A stretch of 64,000 nt of DNA, taken from the NCBI GenBank assembly GCA_963745025.1, contig CAVUWD010000013.1:32001-96000 (forward strand), read 5' to 3'. This DNA comes from an uncultured delta proteobacterium. Lineage in GTDB: Bacteria > Desulfobacterota > Binatia > JACPRU01. Below are positions 1 through 9,884 of the stretch, piece by piece (the stretch's first letter is position 1; each line of letters opens with the position of its first letter). The translations under genes were made by a program, and so were the position numbers. The notes under the pieces are model-generated. The model did not search any database, was not told the origin of the DNA, and saw only the letters and a list, made by a program, of their open reading frames with translations.

Positions 1-2
1 AG

Positions 3-302
3 CTCGAGGAAATCCAGCGCGCGGCAGCGAAGTTGATCGGGGAGGTCGGAAAGATCACCCCCCTCATCCTCCTAGACGAGTTCCAGGGTTGGGAGCACGG
101 AGAGGAATGGGGTGACGTGAGCTTCCTGATCGAATACCAAGACGACATCGAGAAGATGGCGATCGTCGGTCAAGAAAAGTGGCGCGAGGAGGTGCTCCTG
201 TTTGCCGGCGTCGGGATCCGCAGAAGCCCCGTGCGCTATTTCAACGACTCCGAGAGCGCTCGAGCTTGGCTCGCTACTTCCCGGTGCGAAAGCCGCCGCT
301 GA
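3..302 (+). CDS. SpoIIAA-like (STAS/SEC14) domain protein, 5' end outside window
   Basis: Frame is open from base 3. Motifs FQGWE..EWGDVSF and IEKMAIVGQEKW are typical of this family. Confidence 0.75.
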   Translation, partial: LEEIQRAAAKLIGEVGKITPLILLDEFQGWEHGEEWGDVSFLIEYQDDIEKMAIVGQEKWREEVLLFAGVGIRRSPVRYFNDSESARAWLATSRCESRR

Positions 303-384
303 GAGCCAAGATCGGCACCAGGGGCCCGAGGCGGCGACGCCCAGGCAATCACCATCGAACGCGGGCCGGAGCGGCTCGCTCACG

Positions 385-891
385 TCAACCTCTGCCGCGC
401 TCATCGCCACCGTGTCGCAAGCGCGCGAGGCGATTCGAGAGAGCCCGGGCGAGCGAGTACGGTCCAGCGATCAGACACGGTCCCACGACGAGCGCTGCGC
501 CAGGATACGAGGCGCCGAGGATCAGCCATTGGCAGACTGCATCCAGGAGGATGCCCATCAACAGGAGGTTCCCGACGCTCTCGAAGCCGCTCTTCATGAG
601 CTCCCGCCGAAGACCGCGATGGAGGAGGACCCCCTGGAGAAACGGCGGCCGCCCCGCCCGTGCGTCGACCATGCCACCGCGGATGCCGAGGAGAATCGCG
701 ATCGCGGGTTGCAAGACGAAGCGGAAACGCCCCGGCCCCGTAAGCCGTTTGGGGAGGTCTTCTAGGAACGCACGCGAGAACAGATAGATCCCTCCTCGGT
801 CGAAGGCATCACGCAGCGACCCGGGCAGCGACAGCGCAAACACGAGTAACGTGAGGACTGCGAGCGTGGAGCTCACGTATCGACCCCTCAT
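385..891 (-). CDS. Hypothetical membrane protein
   Basis: ATG at 891 (MRGRYVSS). Several hydrophobic segments and the motif LTGPGRFRFVLQPAIAILLGIRGG. Last gene of the minus-strand run. Confidence 0.65.
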   Translation of the reverse strand: MRGRYVSSTLAVLTLLVFALSLPGSLRDAFDRGGIYLFSRAFLEDLPKRLTGPGRFRFVLQPAIAILLGIRGGMVDARAGRPPFLQGVLLHRGLRRELMKSGFESVGNLLLMGILLDAVCQWLILGASYPGAALVVGPCLIAGPYSLARALSNRLARLRHGGDERGRG

Positions 892-1019
892 GATCGGCAC
901 TCGGATCACGCCGGCTCTCGTCCCGCGACTTTCAGCACGGCGGCGCCGGTCGGGGCGCCGCGTCGAAGAACCGTCTTCAACGCCACCGTCCTTCTGAAGA
1001 AGTCGCCATTGGTTCCGGC

Positions 1020-1634
1020 TCAATCGAGAAAGCGGACGCGGCCGGTCCTGAGGTCGTAGATCGCGCCGACGAGCTTCATCTTACCCTCGGCCCTCCGCGC
1101 TCGCCCTTCCGGCGACTCGAGGAGCCGGCGCATGGACCAGCGCACGTTGGCCTCCACCGCGGCCTGGAGCCGCTCTTCGGGGGGCAGCGCGGGATCCACG
1201 TCCGCGAGGCCCGGCAACATGCTCTGTATGATCACCTCGATGCGGCTGCGCTGGCGGACGCCATGAAGCTTCGCGGCGAGCGCCGCTTCGACCGCTCCGC
1301 AGCGTTCGTGCCCGAGCACGACGAACAGCGGCGTCGCGAGGTGGATGCCCGCGTATTGCAGGGTGCCCGCGACCGCCGGCAAGACGACGTTCCCGGCGAC
1401 GCGCACGATGAAAAGCTCGCCGAAACCGGCGTCGAAGACCAGCTCCGGCGGCACCCTCGAGTCGCTGCAGCCGAGGACCGTCGCGTAGGGATGCTGCTTC
1501 TTCGCGAGGCTGGCGAGCACCTCCTTCTGCACGGTAGGGAAGCGCGCCGTGCCGCGCACGAAGCGCCGGTTGCCGGCGGCGAGCCGTGCGAGAGCCGCGT
1601 CGGCGGAGCGGGGGTATACCGGTTTGCGGGTCAC
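1020..1634 (-). CDS. Beta-class carbonic anhydrase
   Basis: Zn-ligand motifs GCSDSRV and LGHERCGAV, plus GELFIVRVAGN. Confidence 0.95.
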   Translation of the reverse strand: MTRKPVYPRSADAALARLAAGNRRFVRGTARFPTVQKEVLASLAKKQHPYATVLGCSDSRVPPELVFDAGFGELFIVRVAGNVVLPAVAGTLQYAGIHLATPLFVVLGHERCGAVEAALAAKLHGVRQRSRIEVIIQSMLPGLADVDPALPPEERLQAAVEANVRWSMRRLLESPEGRARRAEGKMKLVGAIYDLRTGRVRFLD

Positions 1635-1710
1635 GCTCGTGGCGAAGCGATGGGCCTGCGGAGCGGAGGACCAACCGAAGGAGGACCCGCTGCCTGCCGG
1701 CGGCGAAGAC

Positions 1711-2276
1711 CTACGGGGTCAGCGCCTTCTCGATCGCCGCGAGGACCACCGCTCGCCGCCCACGTCGAGGAGCAGCCTCTCGAGGTGGCCGGTCGCGGCG
1801 ACGATCCCCCGGGCGCGCTCCAGGAGGTCATTGCGAAAAGTCTTGAGCTCGCGGGGAGAGAGAATCTTCTTCAGCTCCTCGGCATAGAGAAACCAGATCT
1901 TCCTGAGCTCGGGGTCCGGGCCCTTGTGCAGTCGGTCCTCCAGCATCCGGTACGGCCTCGTGCCGGGACGGACACCTTGTTTTTCGCCCGCGGCGAGCAC
2001 GCTCTTGGCCTCGCTCTCGCTGAGATCCCCGTCCGCCCAGGCGATCTCGACGAGGGGGTAGAGCTGGAAGGCGTTCATCAGCTCGCCGTTGAGCTGCGCC
2101 GCCACCAACCGGTCGAGGACCTGCTCGTTCGTCACGCCGGTCGCCTTGCGGATGCTCTCCTTGTCGACCTTCTTCTGAAAGACCGCCTTCAGCTTCTCGA
2201 GGAGCTCGAACTCCTTCTTACGGAAGTACTCCTCCTCCAAATACATCTCTCGGTTCCGGAAGATGTCCTTGGCCAT
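1711..2276 (-). CDS. Hypothetical protein with TerB-like region; probable frameshift near the 3' end
   Basis: LEEEYFRKKE N-terminus and LVEIAWADGDLSESE (TerB-like). Adding one base near 1750 gives a natural end, VVLAAIEKALTP, with stop at 1711-1713. Confidence 0.65.
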
Positions 2277-2331
2277 GGCTCGCTACCTCGTGTGGTGATT
2301 TAGCACGGTGCGCCGAACTTGCCGAGCGGAG

Positions 2332-3288
2332 CTATGCTTCCGCCGCGAGCTGCCGGCGGGCGGCGGCGAGTTCCTTCCGCTGCGCGGCGCTCACCTCGGG
2401 ATAGCGCAGATCGAGCGAGGCGAGCGCATCGATGATTGCCGCCGCCACGACCACGCGCGTGAACCACTTGTTGTCGGCGGGCACCACGTACCACGGGGCC
2501 CCCTCGGTGGCAGTCTCGCGGATCGCTTCCTCGTAAGCGTCCATGTAGGCGTCCCAGTGGCGGCGCTCGCGCACGTCGTTGGCGGAGAATTTCCAGTTCT
2601 TCTCGGGATTCTCGAGGCGCTCGAGGAACCGCCGCTTCTGCTCGTCCCGCGAGACGTAGAGGAAGAACTTGCGGATGAGCACGCCGTTGCGGCCGAGGTA
2701 GCGCTCGAACGTCCGGATGTCCTTGTACCTCTCGTCCCAGATCTTCTTGCCGACGAGCTCGGCGGGCACTTTCTGCGCCGCCAGGATCTCCGGATGTACC
2801 CGCACGACGAGCACGTCCTCGTAGTAGGATCGATTGAAGATGCCGATGCGGCCGCGCTCGGGCATCTTCACGTGCGTTCGCCACAGGTAGTCGTGATCGA
2901 GGTCGATGGACGTCGGGGCCTTGAAGGACGTCACCTCGCATCCCTGGGGGTTGACGCCGGACATGACGTGTTTGATCGCGCCGTCCTTGCCGGCCGCATC
3001 CATCGCCTGGAAGACCAACAGGAGCGCCCAGCGATCCGCGGCCCAGAGACGGTCCTGGAGATCGGTCAACGCCCGGATGCCGATCTGCAGCGCCTCCTTG
3101 GCGCGCGGCTTGTCCTCCGAGCCGATCCCGGCCGTGTCGCCCGGATCGACGTCCTTCAGGCGGAAGCCCCTTCCTTTGCTGATTCGGTATGGCTCGGCGA
3201 ACTTGTGAGCGCGCTTGACGAACTGCTTCAGCGAGAGATCGGCCGGAGGCTCGTCGCTGGACGGGGCACGCTTTGCGTCATTGGCCAT
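2332..3288 (-). CDS. ppk2: Polyphosphate kinase 2 family protein (class III-like)
   Basis: Walker A motif AMDAAGKDG, plus SFKAPT, HDYLWR, IFNRSYYE and WYVVPADNKW. Confidence 0.95.
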   Translation of the reverse strand: MANDAKRAPSSDEPPADLSLKQFVKRAHKFAEPYRISKGRGFRLKDVDPGDTAGIGSEDKPRAKEALQIGIRALTDLQDRLWAADRWALLLVFQAMDAAGKDGAIKHVMSGVNPQGCEVTSFKAPTSIDLDHDYLWRTHVKMPERGRIGIFNRSYYEDVLVVRVHPEILAAQKVPAELVGKKIWDERYKDIRTFERYLGRNGVLIRKFFLYVSRDEQKRRFLERLENPEKNWKFSANDVRERRHWDAYMDAYEEAIRETATEGAPWYVVPADNKWFTRVVVAAAIIDALASLDLRYPEVSAAQRKELAAARRQLAAEA

Positions 3289-3432
3289 GGCTCTGCGAAG
3301 CTCCTCTGTGTCCTACGGGAAGAACCGGAACGGATCGTCGGCCTGCTGCGCTATTCCTGGAACGACGAACTCTCCTGCTCGTGATCGACGATCACGACAT
3401 AGCACCGCCACTCGATCCCGAACTCCTCGCCG

Positions 3433-4911
3433 CTACTCGGGATGCACCTGCCGACCTTGCTTCGGGACGAACGCATCGAGCGCCTCGCGCCGCAGCACAT
3501 AGATGCCGGGATGCGCGGCTTCTTCCTGGCGCCATCCGCCGCCGAGCGCCTTGTAGATCTGAACGGCGGAAACGAGCTGATTGAGCTCGTTGCGCGCCAG
3601 CAAGATCTCGGCGGGAAACAGCTCCTGCTGTGAGTCGAGCACTTCGAAGTAGCTCGAAAAGCCGTCCATGTAGCGCACCAGCGCCACCCGAACGGCCTCC
3701 TGAAGCGCCGCGACCTGACGCCTGCGCTCGACTCCCGCGGCCGCGAACTTCTGCCGCGCCACCAGCGCGCTGGAAACATCGCCGAGCGCGTTCAGCACGG
3801 TCTGCTCGTAGGCGAGCACCGCCGCCTGCCAGTCGACGACGCTGCCCTTGTAGCCATAGTAGAGCCTTCCACCCTGGAACAGCGGGCCCGTGATCGAGGC
3901 GCCGATCGCCCACACGTTGCCGGCGCTCTTGACGATCTTGTCGATGTCTCCCGACTGCCCGCCGTACAGGGAAGTGAGCCCGAAGCGGGGGAAAAAGTCG
4001 CCGACGGCGACGCCGACCAGGGCGTTGGTCGCGACCACGTTTTGTTCCGCCGCCAAAACGTCCGGGCGGCGCTCGAGCAGCGTCGACGGCAGCCCCGGAG
4101 GAACGTCGGGTGGAGGAGGCTGATCGCCGAGATCGGCGCCGCGAGCGATCTCACCCGGCTGGCGGCCGAGCAGAATGCTCAGCTGGTTCTCCTTGGCGAC
4201 GATCTGTCTCTCGATCTCCGGGATCGTCGCCGCGGCGTCGGCGAACGCCGCCTCGGCTCGCGAGGTCGCCAGTTTGTTTCCGACTCCCCCGACCAGCTTT
4301 CGCGTGAATAGGTCGAGCGTCCCTTGGAACGCGTCGCGCGTGCGCTTGGCGATCTCGAGCTCGAGATCGAGCTCGCGGAGCTCGAAGTAGGCCTGCGCCA
4401 CGTCGGTGATCACGTTGAGCACCACTGCGCGACGAACGTCCTCGGTTGCGAACAGATCGGCCAGCGAGGCTTCGGTCGCGCGGCGAATGCGCCCCCAGAC
4501 GTCGATCTCCCAAGCCATCTGGAACGCCCCGAGAAAGACGTTCCCCGTCTCGTTCGGGAAGTCCGGGGATACGAAGAATTTGCCGCGCACCGCTTCGCCG
4601 GTGTAACCCACCTGCGGCATGAGATCCGCGCGCGTGACGCCGACGCTGTAGCGTGCCCGCTCGACCCGCGCGGCGGCGATGCGGGCATCGTAGTTGGCGA
4701 CGAGCGCCTCTTCGACCAAGCCCTTGAGCGTGGGATCCTGAAAGACCTCCCACCAGGGCAGATCCGCGAGCGACTTTTCGTCCGACGGGGCTTCCGCGCC
4801 GCGGTAGCCGGCCGGCGCCTGAACCGTCGGCCGCGAGTAGTTCGGCCCCACCGCGCACCCGGAAAGCGCGAAGGCGACGACCGTGGCGAGGACCAGCGCC
4901 GAGTGCTTCAT
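3433..4911 (-). CDS. RND outer-membrane factor lipoprotein (NodT/OprM family)
   Basis: Start MKHSALVL overlaps the RND stop (ATGA). Lipobox LSGC, PSTLLERRPDV and YKALGGGW. Confidence 0.93.
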   Translation of the reverse strand: MKHSALVLATVVAFALSGCAVGPNYSRPTVQAPAGYRGAEAPSDEKSLADLPWWEVFQDPTLKGLVEEALVANYDARIAAARVERARYSVGVTRADLMPQVGYTGEAVRGKFFVSPDFPNETGNVFLGAFQMAWEIDVWGRIRRATEASLADLFATEDVRRAVVLNVITDVAQAYFELRELDLELEIAKRTRDAFQGTLDLFTRKLVGGVGNKLATSRAEAAFADAAATIPEIERQIVAKENQLSILLGRQPGEIARGADLGDQPPPPDVPPGLPSTLLERRPDVLAAEQNVVATNALVGVAVGDFFPRFGLTSLYGGQSGDIDKIVKSAGNVWAIGASITGPLFQGGRLYYGYKGSVVDWQAAVLAYEQTVLNALGDVSSALVARQKFAAAGVERRRQVAALQEAVRVALVRYMDGFSSYFEVLDSQQELFPAEILLARNELNQLVSAVQIYKALGGGWRQEEAAHPGIYVLRREALDAFVPKQGRQVHPE

Positions 4912-7900
4912 GAATGTGCCCGCTCGTGCGCAGGGACAGCCGCGGCGGGGACTTCGACCCTCTCCCCCTTCTTTCTTCCGAGGCCCTCCACGAAGGCGAA
5001 GTTGCCGGGGATGAGGAAGACGCCCATGAAGGTCGCTATGAGCATTCCGAAGAACACCGCCGTGCCCATGACGTTCTGAGCCCCCGCGCCCGCGCCGCTT
5101 GCTATCATCAGCGGCACCACGCCGAGGATGAACGCGAACGCGGTCATCAGGATCGGCCGGAAGCGCAGCCGTGCGGATTCGAGCGCGGCCTCCTCGACCG
5201 GCATGCCCTCCTCGTGCTTGGCCTTGGCGAACTCGACGATCAGGATCGCGTTCTTGGCGGCGAGGCCGATCAGCATGATGTTGCCGACCTGCACGAAGAC
5301 GTTGTTGTCGTAGCCCATGAGCCAGACGCCGAAGAACGAGCCGAGGGCGACGAGCGGCGAGCCGAGCAGCACCGCCCACGGCAACCGCCAGCTCTCGTAG
5401 AGGGCCGCGAGCAGCAAAAACACGAAGACGATCGCGAGCACGAACGTCGGGCCCGCCGGCGGTGCGACCTTCTCCTGGTATGACATCTGACTGTAGGCGT
5501 AGCCCATTTCCTTCGGCATCGTCTGCGCAAACACCTCCTCGAGTGCCGCCAGCGTCTGGCCCGAGGCGTAGCCGCGCCCGGACGCTCCCTGGAGCTCGAC
5601 GGAACGGAGCATGTTGAAGCGCGTGACGAGCTCGGTGCCGTCCTGGGTGCTGATCCGGACGAGCGTGGAGAGCGGGACCATCTGGTCCGTGGTCTTGCTG
5701 CGCACGTAGATCTTGCCGATGTCGTCAGCCTTGCGTCGGTAGTCCGAATCGGCCTGGACGTACACGCGGAACAGCCGCCCGAAGCGGTTGAAGTCGTTCA
5801 CGTACGTGCCGCCGAGCACGGCCGACATCGCCTGGAAGACTTCGTCTATCGGGACGCCGACTAGCCGCGCCTTCTCGCGGTCGAGGTCGACCTTGACCTG
5901 CGGGTAGCGGGGATCGAACGAGGTGAACAGGTTGCCGATCTCGGGTCGCTGCCGCGCGGCCTCCATGAACTGGCGGCTGAGCGCGCCGAGCTGGTCCACG
6001 CTGAGCGTCCCGCTCCGGTCCTGGAGGAGGAAGTTGAAGCCCGCTGCGGCGCCGAAGCCCGAGATCGTCGGGAGGTTGAACGGGAAGATGATCGCGTCCG
6101 GGATGCGGGAGAACTCTTTCTGTAGCCGCGCCATGATGCCGGTGACGTGCAGCTCGGGGGAGTGGCGCTCATCCCACGGCTTCAGGCGAACGAAGAGCGT
6201 GCCGAAGTTCGGCTGGTAGGTCGAGGTGACGATGCCGTAGCCGCCGACCGTCTGAAAGGACTCGACTCCCTCGGTCTTTTCGACGATCTGCTCGACTTTC
6301 GCCAGGACCGCGCTGGTGCGCTCGAGCGAGGAGGCAGGCGGCAGCGTGACGTTGATGCCCATGATGCCCTGATCCTCGTCGGGAACGAAGCCCGCGGGAA
6401 GCGCGCTGCCGAAGAGGCCGGCGCCGACAGCGACCCCCGCGACGATGACGATCGTGAGCGTGGCCCGCCGCACCAAGAGGCGCGTCCAGTTGACGTACCC
6501 TCCCGTGGTCGCGTCGAACGCCTTGTTGAAGAGCGAATAGAACTTGCCGAGAAGGCCGGTGGTCTTTGCGTGGTGCGGCTTCAGCAACATCGCCGCAAGC
6601 GCCGGCGAGAGCGACAGCGCGTTGAAGGCCGACAGCAGAACCGAGATCGCGATGGTCAGCGCGAACTGCTGGTACATCCGGCCGGTGAGACCGCCGAGGA
6701 ACGCCACGGGAATGAACACCGCGGAGAGGATGAGCGCGATGCCGACGACGGCGCCCGACACCTCCTTCATCGCCTGCTGCGTCGCTTCCTTCGGCGCCAG
6801 GCCGTGCTCGATGTGATGCATGACGGCTTCGACGACGACGATCGCGTCGTCGACGACGATGCCGATCGCGAGCACGAGGCCGAACATCGACAAGGTGTTC
6901 ACCGAGAAGCCGAGCAGCGGGAAGAAGATGAACGTGCCGAGCAGCGAGACCGGGACGGTCACGAGGGGAATGAACGTCGCGCGGAAGTTCTGCAAGAAGA
7001 CGAAGACGACCAGCGTGACGAGAACGACCGCCTCGAAGAAGGTGTGGACGATCGACTCGATCGACGCTTCCACCGCCGGCGTCGTGTCGTACACGATCTT
7101 GTAGTCGAGGTCGGGCGGGAAGATCTCCTTGGCGTGCTTCATGGTCTCGTAGATCGCCTCGGAGGCCTTCAGCTGGTTCGCCCCGGGCAGCAGATAGACG
7201 GCCATCGCGCCGCCGGGCTTGCCGTTCAGCCGGCCGAATGAGTTGTAGTCTTGCGAGCCGAGCTCTGTCCGCCCCACGTCCTTCACGCGGATGATCGCGC
7301 CGGTTTCGGTCTCGCGGATGATGATGTTGTCGAACTCTTCCGTCGTGACGAGGCGCCCGGGAGCGGCCACCGTGTAGGTGAACTCCTGGTCCTTGGGCGA
7401 GGGCGCCATTCCCACGCGCCCCGCGGGAGCCTGCAGGTTCTGCTCCTTGATGGCGGAAATGACGTCGGAGGGCGTGAGGCCGAGCTTGGCGAGCTTGTCG
7501 GGGTTGATCCAGATGCGCATGCCGTAGTCGGTGCCGCCGAATAGGTCGACCTGGGCGATGCCGGGGATGCGCAGCAGCTGGTCGCGCAGGTTGATGCCGC
7601 AGTAGTTGATCAGGAAGTTCGCGTCGTAGCTTCCGTTCGGTGAGTAGAGCGAGATCACCATGAGGATGCTCGGGCTCATCTTCTTGACCGTGACGCCCTG
7701 AGCGATGACTTCCTGGGGCAGGCGCGCCTGGGCGATGGAGACGCGGTTCTGGGTGAGAACGTTCGCCGTGTCCTGGTTGACGCCCACGGTGAAGTTGACG
7801 TCGAGCTGCATGCGGCCGTCGCTGGTGTTGGACGACTTCATGTAGATCATGTTCTCGACGCCGTTCACCTCCTGCTCGATCGGAGTGGCCACGGACTGCT

Positions 7901-8072
7901 CAACGGCCACGGCCGAGGCGCCCGGGTAGGTCGCGGTCACGCGTATGTTCGGCGGGGCGAGGAATGGGTACTGCTCGATGCTCAGCCCCTTGAGGGTGAA
8001 GAGCCCCATGATCACCGTGATGATCGCGATGACGATCGCGACGATCGGCCGCCGGATGAAGAACTCTGCCAT
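4908..8072 (-). CDS. HAE1-family RND efflux permease (AcrB-like)
   Basis: 1054 aa. FFIRRPI, GIVVDDAIVVVE, AKNAILIVEFA and RFRPILMT. Confidence 0.97.
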   Translation of the reverse strand: MAEFFIRRPIVAIVIAIITVIMGLFTLKGLSIEQYPFLAPPNIRVTATYPGASAVAVEQSVATPIEQEVNGVENMIYMKSSNTSDGRMQLDVNFTVGVNQDTANVLTQNRVSIAQARLPQEVIAQGVTVKKMSPSILMVISLYSPNGSYDANFLINYCGINLRDQLLRIPGIAQVDLFGGTDYGMRIWINPDKLAKLGLTPSDVISAIKEQNLQAPAGRVGMAPSPKDQEFTYTVAAPGRLVTTEEFDNIIIRETETGAIIRVKDVGRTELGSQDYNSFGRLNGKPGGAMAVYLLPGANQLKASEAIYETMKHAKEIFPPDLDYKIVYDTTPAVEASIESIVHTFFEAVVLVTLVVFVFLQNFRATFIPLVTVPVSLLGTFIFFPLLGFSVNTLSMFGLVLAIGIVVDDAIVVVEAVMHHIEHGLAPKEATQQAMKEVSGAVVGIALILSAVFIPVAFLGGLTGRMYQQFALTIAISVLLSAFNALSLSPALAAMLLKPHHAKTTGLLGKFYSLFNKAFDATTGGYVNWTRLLVRRATLTIVIVAGVAVGAGLFGSALPAGFVPDEDQGIMGINVTLPPASSLERTSAVLAKVEQIVEKTEGVESFQTVGGYGIVTSTYQPNFGTLFVRLKPWDERHSPELHVTGIMARLQKEFSRIPDAIIFPFNLPTISGFGAAAGFNFLLQDRSGTLSVDQLGALSRQFMEAARQRPEIGNLFTSFDPRYPQVKVDLDREKARLVGVPIDEVFQAMSAVLGGTYVNDFNRFGRLFRVYVQADSDYRRKADDIGKIYVRSKTTDQMVPLSTLVRISTQDGTELVTRFNMLRSVELQGASGRGYASGQTLAALEEVFAQTMPKEMGYAYSQMSYQEKVAPPAGPTFVLAIVFVFLLLAALYESWRLPWAVLLGSPLVALGSFFGVWLMGYDNNVFVQVGNIMLIGLAAKNAILIVEFAKAKHEEGMPVEEAALESARLRFRPILMTAFAFILGVVPLMIASGAGAGAQNVMGTAVFFGMLIATFMGVFLIPGNFAFVEGLGRKKGERVEVPAAAVPAHERAHS

Positions 8073-8086
8073 GGCCTGCTCCCGCC

Positions 8087-9290
8087 CTAGTGGCTCGCTG
8101 CCGGTTCTGCTTTGGCGCTCGTCGCCGCCTCTGCCGACTTCGGGTTGACGGTCGCGCCGTCGCGCACCTTCTGTAGGCCCTCGACGACGATTCGTTCTCC
8201 CGGCTTGAGGCCTTCGTTGATTACCCAGAGATCGCCGATGCGCGCACCGGCCTTGACCGTCCGCATGGCGACCTTGTTGTCGGCTCCGACCACCGCGACC
8301 TGATGGCTGCCCTGGAGCTCCTGCACGGCGCGCTGCGGCACGAGGAGGGCGCCTTGCCTGGTCTCGGTGGTCGCGCGCACCTTCGCGTACTGGCCGGGCC
8401 GCAAGAGATTGCGAGGGTTCGGGAAGAGGGCCACGATCGTCATGGTGCCGGTCTTTATCTCGACTTCGCGGTTGGCGACCGATGCCCTCCCTCGCTCCGG
8501 GTAGACGTTGCCGTCGGCAAGGATCAGCTCGAGCTTCGCCTCACGTGGCTTCGGGTTGTTGAGTTCGATGCCGTCCGCGAACCGCAGGTACTCTTGCTCG
8601 CTGATCGGGAACGAGACCTTGATCGGGTCGACCTGCGACACCGTCGTGAGCAGCGTGTTCTCGCTCACGAGGTCGCCGATTTGCGCGACGGCGATGCCCG
8701 CGATGCCATCGATGGGTGATTTGACCTGCGTCCAATCGAGGTTCAGCTGCGCCTTCTCGACCACGGCCCGAGCCGAGTCGACGGCCGCCTTGGCGGCGCG
8801 CCTCGCCTGAATGGCGTTGTCGAGCTCCTCCTGGCTGATCGCCTTCTCGGCGGCCAGCGGCGTATAGCGCGTGACGTCTTGCTCCGTCTTGGTCCGTATG
8901 GCTTCGTCGCGCCCGAGGTCGCCCTTGGCCTGATCGAGCGCCGCTTGATACGGCCGCGGATCGATCAGGAACAGCAGGTCGCCGGCGCGGACGAGGGTGC
9001 CTTCCTGGTAGCTGCGTTGCTGCAGATAACCCTGAACGCGGGCTCGAATCTGAGCTGTGATGTTGCCCTCGGTGGTGCCGACCCACTCGGCGAAAATGGG
9101 CACGTCCTTTTGGATCACTTCGGCGACGACGACGTCCGGGGGCGGGGGTGGAGGCGGCGCGGACTTGGCTGCACGCAGAGAGTGTGAGCGCTACGACGAC
9201 CGCGGCTTTGAAGACGGCAATCTCCAAGGGGCCGCGATCGGCAGCGGGAATCGCTTCGACCGTCGCACGGCCGATTCTTCGGCTTGTCAT
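8087..9290 (-). CDS. RND periplasmic adaptor; frameshift near 9167
   Basis: MFP motifs IRARVQGYL, VKSPIDG and LLRPGQY. The signal peptide and lipobox (LTLSAC) from ATG 9290 are in another frame and join KSAPPPPPPDVVV after a 1-nt shift. Confidence 0.9.
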
Positions 9291-9593
9291 TCGTGATGCT
9301 CCTTGCCCACCAGATCCCGGATGGGCTTCGTGGCCTCCATCGAGGTGAGCAAGACGCAATCCCTCCAGAGCGGGTGATGGATTCCCCCGCATTCTCAGGG
9401 AATTTCTTCGCTCCTCCAGTGGGGTGCTGGTCGTCCCGGGCACTCGCCCCCGAGATTTGGGAGACGAGCGGATCGGTCGGAGCCATTTCTACTTGTACCA
9501 TTTGTCTTTCCACTCGCACCTCGCACCGATGCTCGGCGCTCCTCTAGCAATCGCGGGGGATTCTCGCTAGCCCCGCTTCCTCAGTAGGCGTAG

Positions 9594-9623
9594 CTCGTCC
9601 CAGACCTTCTTGCCGATGAGTTC
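9594..9623 (-). pseudogene. Short remnant of a ppk2 paralog
   Basis: 27 of 30 nt match ppk2 at 2731-2760; ELIGKKVWDE versus ELVGKKIWDE. Confidence 0.55.
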
Positions 9624-9884
9624 TCGCCCCTCCTCAAAGGCCGGTGAACAGCAGCACCACGGAGCGCGACTCGGCCCGATAGGTACGACCCGGAATGAAC
9701 TGCGCCGTTCGCCAAGACGGCATCGCGGTAAACCTGGCGCTCGTGACGTGGCCTGCGCCAGGCGCGAGCCCGCCGCGTTTCGCCCCACCGGATAATTTCG
9801 CTTCGGGGCTATCATGACATCTTCGCCGCTATGCCACTCGATTCGAGGCTTTCGTCAAGGCGCGGATCGTGCCAAATCGAGGGC

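Noticed and set aside
3433-5379. 648-aa extended outer-membrane factor, and similar N-extended ORFs at 37920-39548, 24183-26789 and 58377-60068
   Set aside because: The extensions overlap upstream genes in another frame, and internal coupled starts explain the real proteins.
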